Positions 1 to 9,483 of a DNA stretch of 64,000 bases are shown in pieces. The first letter of the stretch is position 1. Each line of letters starts with the position of its first letter. The translations under genes and the position numbers were made by a program. Below the pieces are notes generated by a model that worked only from the letters and a program-made list of their open reading frames with translations, did not search any database and was not told the origin of the DNA. The DNA is taken from assembly GCA_023957375.1 (NCBI GenBank), contig JAMLHB010000001.1, positions 898,245-962,244 of the forward strand, given 5' to 3'. Origin of the DNA: Flavobacteriales bacterium (GTDB taxonomy: Bacteria > Bacteroidota > Bacteroidia > Flavobacteriales_F > PHOS-HE28).

Positions 1-549
1 CGCTGAGCTTTCTTGCTCATCCATCAGGATCAATGCGAATGCCGCGTAGTTGAGGATGTCCAGGAAATTGGCGTCGATGCCCTCGCTCACCAAGGTCCTG
101 CCGTGATTGTCCTCGATCTGCTTGATGCGCAGGAGCTTCACCAGCATCAGGTCCACCAGCGAGCTGATGCGCATGTTGCGCCAAGCTTCCCCGTAATCGT
201 GGTTCTTGCGCACCATCAGGTCACGTGCTGCGGCCACCGCCTGGCGTACTTCCGCAAGCGCTTCCCCGGCACTGAGGTCCGGTGCGTCGGCCACACCCAA
301 CTTCAATTGCACCAAGGCCATGGCCGAATAGTTGAGCATGCCGACCAGCTCCGGACGAATGCCTTCCGCCACCTTGCCCTGCCCGGTCTGCTGCAAGGTG
401 CGGATGCGCTGGGCCTTGATGAACACCTGGTCCGTGAGCGAAGCAATGCGCATCACCCGCCAAGCGGTGCCGTAGTCCTTGGCTTTCTTGGCGAACAAGC
501 CCATGCAGGCCTCAACCACGCGATCGTACTGAAGAAGGGTTTTTTCCAT
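1..549 (-). CDS. DUF1599 family protein (3' end runs off window start)
   Basis: Reverse-strand translation from ATG at 549..547 gives MEKTLLQYDRVVEACMGLFAKKAKDYGTAWRVMRIASLTDQVFIKAQRIRTLQQ..., the characteristic DUF1599 signature (DYG.AWR..R..SLTDQ.FIKA.RIR), repeated twice. It lies divergent from folP, as is typical in Bacteroidota. It is not in the ORF track because no stop falls inside the window. Confidence 0.6.
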   Translation of the reverse strand, partial: MEKTLLQYDRVVEACMGLFAKKAKDYGTAWRVMRIASLTDQVFIKAQRIRTLQQTGQGKVAEGIRPELVGMLNYSAMALVQLKLGVADAPDLSAGEALAEVRQAVAAARDLMVRKNHDYGEAWRNMRISSLVDLMLVKLLRIKQIEDNHGRTLVSEGIDANFLDILNYAAFALILMDEQESSA

Positions 550-578
550 GGGAACTGCCCGCATGCCAACTTTGGGGC

Positions 579-1445
579 GTGATGAACGGCGGCGAAGATA
601 TCGTGTGGTCCGTGCAAGGCCGCTTGGTGCACCTGAAGCCCCCGCTGGTGATGGGCATATTGAACATCACCCCGGATTCGTTCGTGCCTTCCACGCGTGC
701 GGATGGCCTTTCCGATGCCCTGCAACGGGCCGCCAACATGCTGGCCGACGGCGCGGACCTGTTGGACGTGGGCGGGGCCAGCACGCGGCCCGGTGCCCCG
801 GAGGTGCCCCTTGAAGAGGAGCGCAAGCGGGTGATCCCCGTGATCGAGGCGCTGCACCGGCAATACCCGAAGGCCTTGATCAGCGTGGATACCTGGCGTG
901 CGGCCATCGCCGGTGAGGCGGTGGAAGCCGGTGCCGCCCTGGTGAACGACGTCAGCGCAGGACTGTTCGACCCGGACATGTTGCCCACGCTGGCGCAACT
1001 ACAGGTGCCGTATATCCTGATGCACATGCAGGGCACGCCACGCACCATGCAGCAGGCACCCCATTATAAGGATGTGGTGGCAGAGGTGGTGAAGGTCCTC
1101 AGCAGCCGCCTGTTGGCCGCCCGGCAGGCCGGCATTGCCGATGTGATCGTGGACCCCGGGTTCGGTTTCGGGAAGGACCTCGGGCACAATTTCAGCCTGC
1201 TGCAAGGTTTGGGTGCGTTGAAGCAGCTGGGCGTACCGGTGCTGGCAGGCTTGTCCCGTAAACGCATGATCAATGAGCTATTGGGCACCAGCCCCGAAGA
1301 AGCCTTGAACGGAACCACGGTGCTCAATACCTTGGCCTTGCGGCAGGGTGCCGACCTGCTGCGGGTGCACGACGTGCGCGCGGCCGTGGAGGCGGTGAAG
1401 TTGACGGCCGCCTTCACCGCAGCTGAACGGGCTGCTCAACGATAA
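579..1445 (+). CDS. folP: dihydropteroate synthase
   Basis: 288-aa ORF with pterin-binding motifs (GILNITPDSF, DVGGASTRPG, VDPGFGFGK). Start could be 579 or 582 (tandem ATG). Confidence 0.9.
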   Translation: MMNGGEDIVWSVQGRLVHLKPPLVMGILNITPDSFVPSTRADGLSDALQRAANMLADGADLLDVGGASTRPGAPEVPLEEERKRVIPVIEALHRQYPKALISVDTWRAAIAGEAVEAGAALVNDVSAGLFDPDMLPTLAQLQVPYILMHMQGTPRTMQQAPHYKDVVAEVVKVLSSRLLAARQAGIADVIVDPGFGFGKDLGHNFSLLQGLGALKQLGVPVLAGLSRKRMINELLGTSPEEALNGTTVLNTLALRQGADLLRVHDVRAAVEAVKLTAAFTAAERAAQR

Positions 1446-1999
1446 GTCTCCTGGTTGCGACGGTCGCGCCGCTTGTAATAGCCCCGTGAGTTCTTTTCAT
1501 ATTCGTCCATCACCTTGGAGAATACGGGGCGCATTTGATTGGTGTAAGGCGTATCCCAGCTCATGTTGCGCACGCTTTGCTTGTATCCGGCCATGCCCAG
1601 CGGCTCCTCAAAGACCGTGAGGTCCATGTCTTCGAGCCATGCAAAAAGGGTCATCTGCAGGTCCATTTCGTAGAACGGAACATCGGGATAGGGCGGGATT
1701 TCCCGGGTGTCGATCACCACATGCTTGGCCACCATGTGCTTGCGGCTGAACCATACCTCGTATTTCCAGCCGCGTTCCAATTCAAACTTGTATGCCCCGT
1801 CGTTGCGGGTGATCTGCTGCATGTCCTCCTGGCCGGCCTTCAGCACGCGTACCAGCACGCCCTTGAGCGGGTCTCCGGAATACAGCTCGGTCACCTTCCC
1901 TGAAAGCAGCACTTGAAAGCGTTGGGCAAGCATTTCGGATGCCGGGAGCATGGAAAACAACAGACCCAGCCCCACGCCTGCGACCACCCGGAATTGCAT
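1436..1999 (-). CDS. hypothetical secreted protein, CarboxypepD_reg-like fold
   Basis: 187-aa ORF with a hydrophobic N-terminus and a segment SGKVTELYSGDPLKGVLVRVL...NDGAYKFEL typical of carboxypeptidase regulatory-like domains. Convergent 10-bp overlap with folP. Confidence 0.5.
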   Translation of the reverse strand: MQFRVVAGVGLGLLFSMLPASEMLAQRFQVLLSGKVTELYSGDPLKGVLVRVLKAGQEDMQQITRNDGAYKFELERGWKYEVWFSRKHMVAKHVVIDTREIPPYPDVPFYEMDLQMTLFAWLEDMDLTVFEEPLGMAGYKQSVRNMSWDTPYTNQMRPVFSKVMDEYEKNSRGYYKRRDRRNQETYR

Positions 2000-2144
2000 G
2001 GTGCAAAGATAGCCGGGGCCTTGGCCGCGTACCGGTTGTGAGGTGGATCAGGGGGCAAGGTGCTGGCACAGGGCGCATGAGCCGTGACCGCCCCTGCCCG
2101 CCTCTGCGCAACCCGGCTCCGAAGTACCCTCCCCGGCCCCGGGT

Positions 2145-4310
2145 TCAATAATGGCTGTACAGCTTGCCGTTCCACCACACCTTGGTGTCGCCGCTGTTGC
2201 TCTTGTACGCCACGGTTTCCGGCCATGCGTGATACTCTCGGATGCCTGCTTCCCCGCTGACCGGCCGCTGTTTGCCGTTGTGGAACACCTTCAGCACGCC
2301 CCTTTCGTCCAACCAGGCCACCAGGGTACCCACGGCGGTCCATTGGGCGGGCATGGTGCGCTCCAACGTTTCCACCGCTCCGCCTGCAAACACTTTGAAC
2401 AGGCTTCCATCGCGGAACACCACCACGCTGTCGCGCACCCAGTATTCGTCCGGGGCAAAGTCCATCAGGTCCCACATGCTGCCGTTCCGGTAGCACCGGA
2501 AAGCACCGGTTGAACTGACGTATGCCACCAATCCTTCGCCCACCTGGAAACTTGCCGGGGCGAAGGCGTCAACTTCGTACTCGCTCCCCTTGTCGAATAT
2601 GCGGAAGGTGTCGTCGTATTCATCCATGTACGCCACCACGTCGCCGCCGGCGGCCGACCGGTTGGGGTCCGAGCCGTTGCACAGGGTGGACAATTGCCCG
2701 CGATAAAAGAGCAGTACGCGCCGCCTGCCGGTGTCGTACACCAACAAGGTGTTGGACCCGCTCTTCCACAGCACCTCCGTATCCAGCAGCACGTCGGCAA
2801 CAGGAAAGGTGTTCCCGCCCCAATGCACCTTCAGTTCATGCTGCATCAGGTCCTGGAAGGCGATCACGCTATCGGCCACGGTGAACCGGCCCACGCGCGG
2901 ACATATGGTGGTGGCTCCTTCCCTGCCGGGAATACGCAATGCCGGCCCGCTCCGCCAGGCGATCAAGTGCTTGGAAGTGGCCACGTCCACCCGTTCGCCG
3001 CGCTCGAGGGTGGTCAATTTGCCTTGATGGAAGAGCTTGAAGTCGTTCGCATTACTGATGTAAGCCAGCTTATCCCCTCCTTGGTACACGGCTTGCGGGC
3101 TGCGCGCTTCCAGTTCGCGGAAACTTCCGCCTTCAAAAACCGAGAGATGGCCGTACGACGTGATCACCGGTACCGGTACTTGCGGCCTAGCAGGTTGCGG
3201 CACCAACATGGCCACCAGCAATGTGGCAGCCATGGCATCGCGTACGCCCGTCCGAAGGGGTTTCCCCGCACCGGACCTCTTTGCCACCGTCCGCACCGGC
3301 AGTTCGCGCTTGCCGCCTTTCAGGCGCAATCCCACAGGCTCGCCGATGTCGTAATGTTCCGCGACACCGGGCATCCGGTCCAACATTTCCTGGGTGGCCA
3401 CCAAGCCCACGTGCAGGTTCTTCGCCATGGATTGCACCCTGCTGGTGGTGTTCATCACATCGCCGCTGAGGTCGATGGCGCGCTTGATGTGGCCCACCTG
3501 TGCGGTAATAACCCGCCCCCCGTGCAAACCGCCGCGGAATTCGGGCACCACGCCGAACTCGCGCATCAGCCGCGGGCGGTGCGCCTCGATCCGGTCCTGG
3601 ATATCGAAGTATAGGGCTACGCAATTGAAACCGTGCGTGCCTGCGGCCATGCTCCAGGTAAAGATCACCTCGTCGCCCACGTACTTGTGGATCTCCGCGT
3701 CGTGCCGCAGGATGGCATCGGTCATCAGCGAATGCGTGGTGTTCAGAAAGCGGAAATAAAGCAGGTCGCCCAAGCGTTCGTTCAGGGCCGAACTGCCCAC
3801 CAGGTCGATGCTGAGCACCACCCGCTCACTGATCCGCGGCTTGTCGTACCAGCCCAGCAGGAAGCCCATGAAAAAGCGGCGGCCCATGAACTCCTCCACC
3901 TGTACCACCAAGATCGCCACGGACGTGATCGCGACCACCTGCAGCGCAAACTGGTAGATGCCCACCGCCTCCACCACATCTCCCAATGGCAAGTGCCACC
4001 GTTCCGTGCCCGGTATGGAGTGGCCGTGCGCGGCCAACCAGGCCAAAGCCAGCACCGCAATGGTGAAAAGGTTCACCGCCAGGGCCTTGCCGATCAGCTG
4101 CAGGGGTATGGCCAGCGACCTGAACCGCCTGCGGAAAAGGAATTCCTCCAGCACGCCGGTCCACACCCCCAATAAAGCCCATGCACCGGCCAGCCTCCAG
4201 CCCGACTGTCCACCGAAGAGCATCAGCACGGATCCGGTAACGGCCGTTACCAGGGCATACTTCAGCAACTTGCGCAGCTTGTAGCGGGTGATGGACGAAA
4301 GGCGCTTCAA
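2145..4310 (-). CDS. membrane-anchored class III adenylate/guanylate cyclase with C-terminal approx 350-aa repeat domain
   Basis: About 130 aa of N-terminal hydrophobic helices, then a cyclase catalytic core (YVGDEVIFTW...GLHGGRVITAQVG...GDVMNTTSRVQS...LRLKG), then about 8 repeats of approx 40 aa (hhAY.s..g.hKhF.nG). The ORF-track version (to 5222) has an implausible N-terminal extension that overlaps a well-supported + strand gene. I therefore chose the TTG at 4310 (MKRLSSITRYKLRKLLKYALV...); the ATG at 4223 is an alternative. Confidence 0.7.
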   Translation of the reverse strand: MKRLSSITRYKLRKLLKYALVTAVTGSVLMLFGGQSGWRLAGAWALLGVWTGVLEEFLFRRRFRSLAIPLQLIGKALAVNLFTIAVLALAWLAAHGHSIPGTERWHLPLGDVVEAVGIYQFALQVVAITSVAILVVQVEEFMGRRFFMGFLLGWYDKPRISERVVLSIDLVGSSALNERLGDLLYFRFLNTTHSLMTDAILRHDAEIHKYVGDEVIFTWSMAAGTHGFNCVALYFDIQDRIEAHRPRLMREFGVVPEFRGGLHGGRVITAQVGHIKRAIDLSGDVMNTTSRVQSMAKNLHVGLVATQEMLDRMPGVAEHYDIGEPVGLRLKGGKRELPVRTVAKRSGAGKPLRTGVRDAMAATLLVAMLVPQPARPQVPVPVITSYGHLSVFEGGSFRELEARSPQAVYQGGDKLAYISNANDFKLFHQGKLTTLERGERVDVATSKHLIAWRSGPALRIPGREGATTICPRVGRFTVADSVIAFQDLMQHELKVHWGGNTFPVADVLLDTEVLWKSGSNTLLVYDTGRRRVLLFYRGQLSTLCNGSDPNRSAAGGDVVAYMDEYDDTFRIFDKGSEYEVDAFAPASFQVGEGLVAYVSSTGAFRCYRNGSMWDLMDFAPDEYWVRDSVVVFRDGSLFKVFAGGAVETLERTMPAQWTAVGTLVAWLDERGVLKVFHNGKQRPVSGEAGIREYHAWPETVAYKSNSGDTKVWWNGKLYSHY

Positions 4311-4337
4311 AATGATCCGGGACCGCGAAGATAGCTG

Positions 4338-5060
4338 GTGGCCAAAGGCGACCTTTGCACCATGTCGTTTCTGAAGAGTTTGTTGAGCTACGCTTGGCCC
4401 GTGACGCAATGGGAGGGCCAAGGAAAATACGGCCCCCTGAAGCTGGTATGGGAACAGGGCCTCTTGGTGGTGAACAGCAACAACGCCAACCAGAGCTACG
4501 GAAACCTGCATGCGATCTGGCAACAGGTTCTTGATGACGCCAATGTTGCAAAGCGCAATCCGCGGTCCATCCTGCTGCTGGGCTTTGGCGCAGGCAGTTC
4601 CGCACACATCCTGCGCAAGGAGATCGGGCTCAGGGCGCCGATCATCGGAGTGGACGGCGACCCTGCCATGCTGAACTTGGCACGCACCCATTTCCATGTG
4701 GACCGCCTGAAAGACCTGCGGATCATTTGTTCCGATGCCTTGGAATTCGCCGGCACGCACCAAGAAGTGCACGACCTGGTGCTGGTGGACCTTTGCCATG
4801 AACTGGACCTCGCACCGGGCGTGGACGGGGAGCCTTTCATCGCCAACCTCCGCAAGTGCACGGCATCCGGCGGATTGCTGTGCTTCAACACCATCGTGCA
4901 CAACGCTGCCAGCGGCGAACGCAGCCAACGTGTGAGCGAGTTGCTGCGTCTCCATTTCGATACGGTTACCGAGAAGCTGTACCAAGGAGTCAACAGGGTG
5001 TTGACGGCATCGTGGACAACCCCTGGCGCCACGGTTGCGGCACGGAACGACAGGGGTTGA
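4338..5060 (+). CDS. class I SAM-dependent methyltransferase (spermidine synthase-like)
   Basis: GxGxG SAM motif (LLLGFGAGS), D-loop (GVDGDP) and a spermine/spermidine synthase-like fold. GTG at 4338, or ATG at 4362 (MSFLKSLL). Confidence 0.7.
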   Translation: MAKGDLCTMSFLKSLLSYAWPVTQWEGQGKYGPLKLVWEQGLLVVNSNNANQSYGNLHAIWQQVLDDANVAKRNPRSILLLGFGAGSSAHILRKEIGLRAPIIGVDGDPAMLNLARTHFHVDRLKDLRIICSDALEFAGTHQEVHDLVLVDLCHELDLAPGVDGEPFIANLRKCTASGGLLCFNTIVHNAASGERSQRVSELLRLHFDTVTEKLYQGVNRVLTASWTTPGATVAARNDRG

Positions 5061-5088
5061 AATTTGCAGCCCGACCAGTTGATACTGC

Positions 5089-8000
5089 GTGAAGCATTGT
5101 AGCACATACCAAGGAGGAGCCTTGGCCCTGGCCATCCTGTTGGCTGCCCTGGGGCAGGCGCAACCGACCTGTTCAATCCAGCTCGGACCCGATGTGACCA
5201 TCTGCCAGGGCACATCGGCCACGCTGTCCGGGCCACCGGGTTATACAAACTACTTGTGGAGCAACGGTGCCACAACCCAGAACATTACCGTCAGCACGGC
5301 GGGCGACTACTGGTGCCAGGTGACCTATCCCAGCGGGAACTTGGTGTACAACGGTGATTTCTCCCTTGGGAACACCGGCTTTTCCTCACAGTTCATCTAT
5401 TCGCTGGTTTCCGTTCAGAATGAGGGCTATTACACCGTGGGCCCCAACGCCAGCTGGTACCACAACCAATTTCAAGGTACCGGGCTGGGCAACTTCCTGA
5501 TCGGCAATTCCGGGTATACCAGCTGGGCGAACAATGTGGTGGACGCATGGTGCCAAACCATCAGCTGCTGCCCGGGGCAAACCTATACGCTGAGCTTCTG
5601 GGGCCGGACGCTCACCAACGAACTGCCGGCGCGCATGGTTTGGGTCATGGACGGTGTGCTGGCCAATTGGCCCGACCTCACATTTCCCTCCTATGGAGCC
5701 GGGTGGCAGCCCTATTCGGTGAATTGGACGGCAGGGCCCGGCCAAACCAGTGTGAACGCGTGCATACAGATCACTTCCGCGGATGGCATCGGCGACGACT
5801 TCGGCATCGATGACATCAACATCAGCGCCAACGTCATCTTGAGGGATACCGTACATGTGGCGGTAACCCCCTTGCCTGCCGTAAACCTCGGCCCTGATAC
5901 CAGCCTATGCGACGGGAGCGTATTGAACCTGGATGCTACCGTTCCGGGCGCCACTTACCAGTGGCAGGACGGCAGTTCCGCGCCAAGTCTCCAGGTAACC
6001 CAAGCGGGAAGCTACAGCGTCAACGTTACCGCACTAGGATGCTCCAATTCGGGCCAGGTGGACGTTGCATTCAACCCGTTGCCCCAAGTGGACCTGGGCA
6101 ATGACACTGCGCTGTGCAACGGCACCACCCTGTCAATAGACGCCTTCTGCCCCGGCTGCACCTACTTGTGGCAGGACGGTTCCACGGCTCCCACGTTTCT
6201 TGTTTCCCAACCTGGCACCTACTGGGTGGACGTCACCGCCAACAACTGCCGGGCATCAGACACCCTGCACGTGGCCTACAAACCCGTGCCTTCCGTATTC
6301 CTGGGGAATGACACGGCCATCTGTACCGGGGAAAGCTTATTGCTGGATGCCACCACACCGGGCGCCACGTACCAGTGGCAGGACGCCAGCACCGGCAGCA
6401 CCTTCGCAGCCACCTCGGCGGGCAGTTACCAAGTAACCGTGGATCTGAACGGCTGCACTGCGCAGGATGCGGTCGTGGTAAGTGTAGATCCCATGCCCAC
6501 GGTGGACCTTGGCGGAGATCAAATCGTTTGCCCGGGCACCGTGGCCACCTTCGATGCTTCCACCCCGGGTGCAACTTATTTATGGAACAACGGCACTTCC
6601 GGACCCACGCTCACCTCGGACCAACCAGGCACGTACTCCGTCGATGTGACCGTGGCCAGTTGCACCGTGGCCGCTTCAGCAACATTGACCAACTTCACCC
6701 TGCAAAGCGTCGACCTGGGGCCGGACCTGTCGGTCTGCGCCGGTGCTTCGGTGGCCATTGGCACCACGGTACCTGGCGCCACTTATTTATGGAGCACGGG
6801 CGCCGCAACGGATTCGATCAGCGTAGGCATAACCGGAACGTACTGGTTGCAGACCACCCTGAACGGGTGCGTGGTGAGCGATACCCTTGAGGTGTCCAGC
6901 ATCCCCATTCCAGCAGTTTCCCTCGGGCCGGACCTGATGGTGTGTCCGGGAGGTGTTGCCGTTCTGGATGCCACCTTGCCAGGTGCATCATACCTCTGGA
7001 GCAACGGGGCCACCACATCCGCCATCACGGTGGGCGGCGGTGATTGGTCAGTGGAGGTAACCGTGGCCGGATGCAGTGCCTCCGACCAGGTACACATTGG
7101 GGAGCACCCGCTCCCTACCGTCAACCTCGGCGCGGATACGGTACTATGTCCTGGGCAATCCATGGTGTTGGATGCGTTCCAGCCAGGTGCCACCTATGCG
7201 TGGAGCACGGGAAGCACGTCGCCCTCCATCACAGTAAGCAGCGCTCTGCAGGTATCGCTCACCCTGACCGATGCAAACGGATGCACGGCAAGCGATGGGA
7301 TCAATGTGGCCGTCGCCACACCGGGCATCGTCAACCTGGGTCCCGACGCCCTGCTTTGCACCGGGAGCACCATGCTGCTGGATGCCTCCACCGCCGGTGC
7401 ATCGGCCTATCTCTGGAGCACTGGCGCCACTTCGCCAGCCATCCAAGCCGCCGTCCAAGGAACATACAGTGTGGAAGTATCCATGGGTCCATGCACCACC
7501 AGTGACACGGTCCTATTGACCGCAATCCCCACGCCGCAGGTGGACCTGGGCCACGATACCACCTTGTGCCCCGGTGAGATCCTGTTCTTGCAACCAGCGG
7601 TGCCCAATGTGACCTTCGTGTGGCAGGACGGTTCCCAAAACAACGGATATACGGTCAGTGTCCCTGGTCAATATTCCGTGATAGCCACCACTTCGGAGGG
7701 ATGTGCCGCATCGGATACCGTGCAGGTGGCCTACCTGTCCGCCCAAGGATTCGACTTGGGCCCGGACACCACGATCTGTTCAGGCAGTACCATCCTGCTG
7801 GATGCGGGCATACCGGGAGGCATCACCCAATGGTCCGGGGCATATCAGGGATCCGCTCCTTGGATAGAAGTGGGCAGCACAGGCACCTATATTGCCGCCA
7901 CCACTGTGGCGGGTTGCTCTTTTTCGGATTCCGTGCATGTGGCGGTAAGTCCCGCTCCCCTTGTGAACCTTGGCCCGGACACGAGCTTCTGCACGGGTTC

Positions 8001-9483
8001 GCCGCTCCTGCTTTCGGCCCAAGGAAGCGGCCTCTTGTGGGATGACGGGTCCACAAGCAATACGCGCAGCATCACGACAGGCGGCATGTACTGGGCGCAA
8101 TCCACGCAGAACGGATGCACCACCACGGACAGTATTCTCGTGGAGGAAATCCCACTGCCCCAGATCCAACTAGGCCCGGACACCAACCTATGTGCCTCCG
8201 GCCAGTTGGAAGTGGATGTTGCGGTTCCCGGCGGCATCTATCTCTGGAACGATGGAAACACATCGCCCCTCCGCTACCTGATGCCGGGCCAATGGCAAGT
8301 AACGGTTTCGGCGGACGGATGCGCTTCGGACGACATGATCATCATCGGCGAACTGCCCGAACCGTTGTTGCCACTTCCCGGGGACACCACACTGTGTGCT
8401 GGCACCACGTGGAACATCAATGTGCAACAACCCAATAGCACCTACCTGTGGTCCACGGGCAGCACTGCACCTTCGTTGTTGGTGGATGGCCCGGGCAGCA
8501 TCAGCATTACCGTCAACCGCCAAGGGTGCACGGCGTCCGCCGATGTAACCGTGGCTTACGTGGACCTGGGCTCCTTCAGCCTGGGGCAGGACACCACGCT
8601 CTGCCCCGGCCAGGTGTGGCCCATCAACATCGATATGCCCGGGGCTGCGGTGCTGTGGAACGACGGCTCCACAGCACCGCAACGCGTCATTAGCGAAGCG
8701 GGCAGCTATCAGGCCACCATTTCCTTGGGCGGATGCACCGCGCAATCCTCGGTGGAAGTAACCTACGTGGAACTTCCGGCGGTTGACCTCGGGCCGGATC
8801 TTTGGCCCTGTGAAGGGGAAATGGTACTGCTCAGCTTGAACCCCGGCAGCGCCCAGATCACCTGGAGCAACGGAGCAACGGGAGGCGAATTACCAGTGAC
8901 CTCCAGCGGCACCTATGCCGCAACGCTTGCATTGGACGGGTGCAGCACCAGCGATGCCGTGCAGGTCACCTTTCTGCCGGTGTTCAACCAGTTGGACCTT
9001 GGCCCGGACACGGTCGTTTGCCCCGGACGTCCGATCACCTTGGCCGCCTTGGCCCCTTCCGGCGCGTCCTGCACTTGGAGCGATGGTTCCATCGGGCCCG
9101 TACTGGGCGTAAACATGCCGGGGACCTACTTCGTATCGGCCACGGGGCCTTGCATCCTGGCCGCAGACACGATCACCGTTCACGAGGGGCAATGCAGCGC
9201 ATTGGTCCACCTGCCCAATGCCTTCACTCCCGATGGCGACGGCATCAACGATGTGTTTTCCGCCATCGTTTCCGATCCGGTTGGCCAGTGGGCCTTGCAG
9301 ATTTTCAACCGGTGGGGCGAGGTGGTGTTCACCAGCAACGATCCTGCAGCAGGATGGGATGGAACCAGCCATGGACAGCAGGCACCCGTTGCAGTGTATG
9401 TATGGGACCTCCGCTACCGGGGCACCACATCCATGGGCGTACAGCAGGTACACCGCCAAGGCAGCGTAACCTTAGTCCGCTGA
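5089..9483 (+). CDS. giant cell-surface protein: N-terminal CBM-like domain, about 15 tandem approx 88-aa Ig-like repeats, T9SS type B (gliding motility-associated) C-terminal domain
   Basis: Signal peptide (ALALAILLAALGQAQ). Repeats contain LGPDT.LC.G..L.LDA..PGATY.W.DGS...V..GTY.V.V...GC. C-terminus is LPNAFTPDGDGINDVF...WDLRYRG, which matches the gliding-motility CTD. Confidence 0.85.
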   Translation: MKHCSTYQGGALALAILLAALGQAQPTCSIQLGPDVTICQGTSATLSGPPGYTNYLWSNGATTQNITVSTAGDYWCQVTYPSGNLVYNGDFSLGNTGFSSQFIYSLVSVQNEGYYTVGPNASWYHNQFQGTGLGNFLIGNSGYTSWANNVVDAWCQTISCCPGQTYTLSFWGRTLTNELPARMVWVMDGVLANWPDLTFPSYGAGWQPYSVNWTAGPGQTSVNACIQITSADGIGDDFGIDDINISANVILRDTVHVAVTPLPAVNLGPDTSLCDGSVLNLDATVPGATYQWQDGSSAPSLQVTQAGSYSVNVTALGCSNSGQVDVAFNPLPQVDLGNDTALCNGTTLSIDAFCPGCTYLWQDGSTAPTFLVSQPGTYWVDVTANNCRASDTLHVAYKPVPSVFLGNDTAICTGESLLLDATTPGATYQWQDASTGSTFAATSAGSYQVTVDLNGCTAQDAVVVSVDPMPTVDLGGDQIVCPGTVATFDASTPGATYLWNNGTSGPTLTSDQPGTYSVDVTVASCTVAASATLTNFTLQSVDLGPDLSVCAGASVAIGTTVPGATYLWSTGAATDSISVGITGTYWLQTTLNGCVVSDTLEVSSIPIPAVSLGPDLMVCPGGVAVLDATLPGASYLWSNGATTSAITVGGGDWSVEVTVAGCSASDQVHIGEHPLPTVNLGADTVLCPGQSMVLDAFQPGATYAWSTGSTSPSITVSSALQVSLTLTDANGCTASDGINVAVATPGIVNLGPDALLCTGSTMLLDASTAGASAYLWSTGATSPAIQAAVQGTYSVEVSMGPCTTSDTVLLTAIPTPQVDLGHDTTLCPGEILFLQPAVPNVTFVWQDGSQNNGYTVSVPGQYSVIATTSEGCAASDTVQVAYLSAQGFDLGPDTTICSGSTILLDAGIPGGITQWSGAYQGSAPWIEVGSTGTYIAATTVAGCSFSDSVHVAVSPAPLVNLGPDTSFCTGSPLLLSAQGSGLLWDDGSTSNTRSITTGGMYWAQSTQNGCTTTDSILVEEIPLPQIQLGPDTNLCASGQLEVDVAVPGGIYLWNDGNTSPLRYLMPGQWQVTVSADGCASDDMIIIGELPEPLLPLPGDTTLCAGTTWNINVQQPNSTYLWSTGSTAPSLLVDGPGSISITVNRQGCTASADVTVAYVDLGSFSLGQDTTLCPGQVWPINIDMPGAAVLWNDGSTAPQRVISEAGSYQATISLGGCTAQSSVEVTYVELPAVDLGPDLWPCEGEMVLLSLNPGSAQITWSNGATGGELPVTSSGTYAATLALDGCSTSDAVQVTFLPVFNQLDLGPDTVVCPGRPITLAALAPSGASCTWSDGSIGPVLGVNMPGTYFVSATGPCILAADTITVHEGQCSALVHLPNAFTPDGDGINDVFSAIVSDPVGQWALQIFNRWGEVVFTSNDPAAGWDGTSHGQQAPVAVYVWDLRYRGTTSMGVQQVHRQGSVTLVR

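Noticed and set aside
13-582. 189-aa + strand ORF at the window start
   Set aside because: His/Gln-rich nonsense composition. The opposite strand encodes a clean DUF1599 protein, so this is the antisense of a real gene.
453-1048. Two minus-strand ORFs (181 and 178 aa) overlapping folP
   Set aside because: Antisense to a confidently identified folP; Arg/Gly/Pro-rich composition typical of a GC-rich antisense frame.
4311-5222. N-terminal 300-aa extension of the adenylate cyclase ORF
   Set aside because: No protein-like features. It overlaps the opposite-strand SAM methyltransferase gene, and a TTG/ATG with a basic-then-hydrophobic N-terminus exists at 4310/4223.
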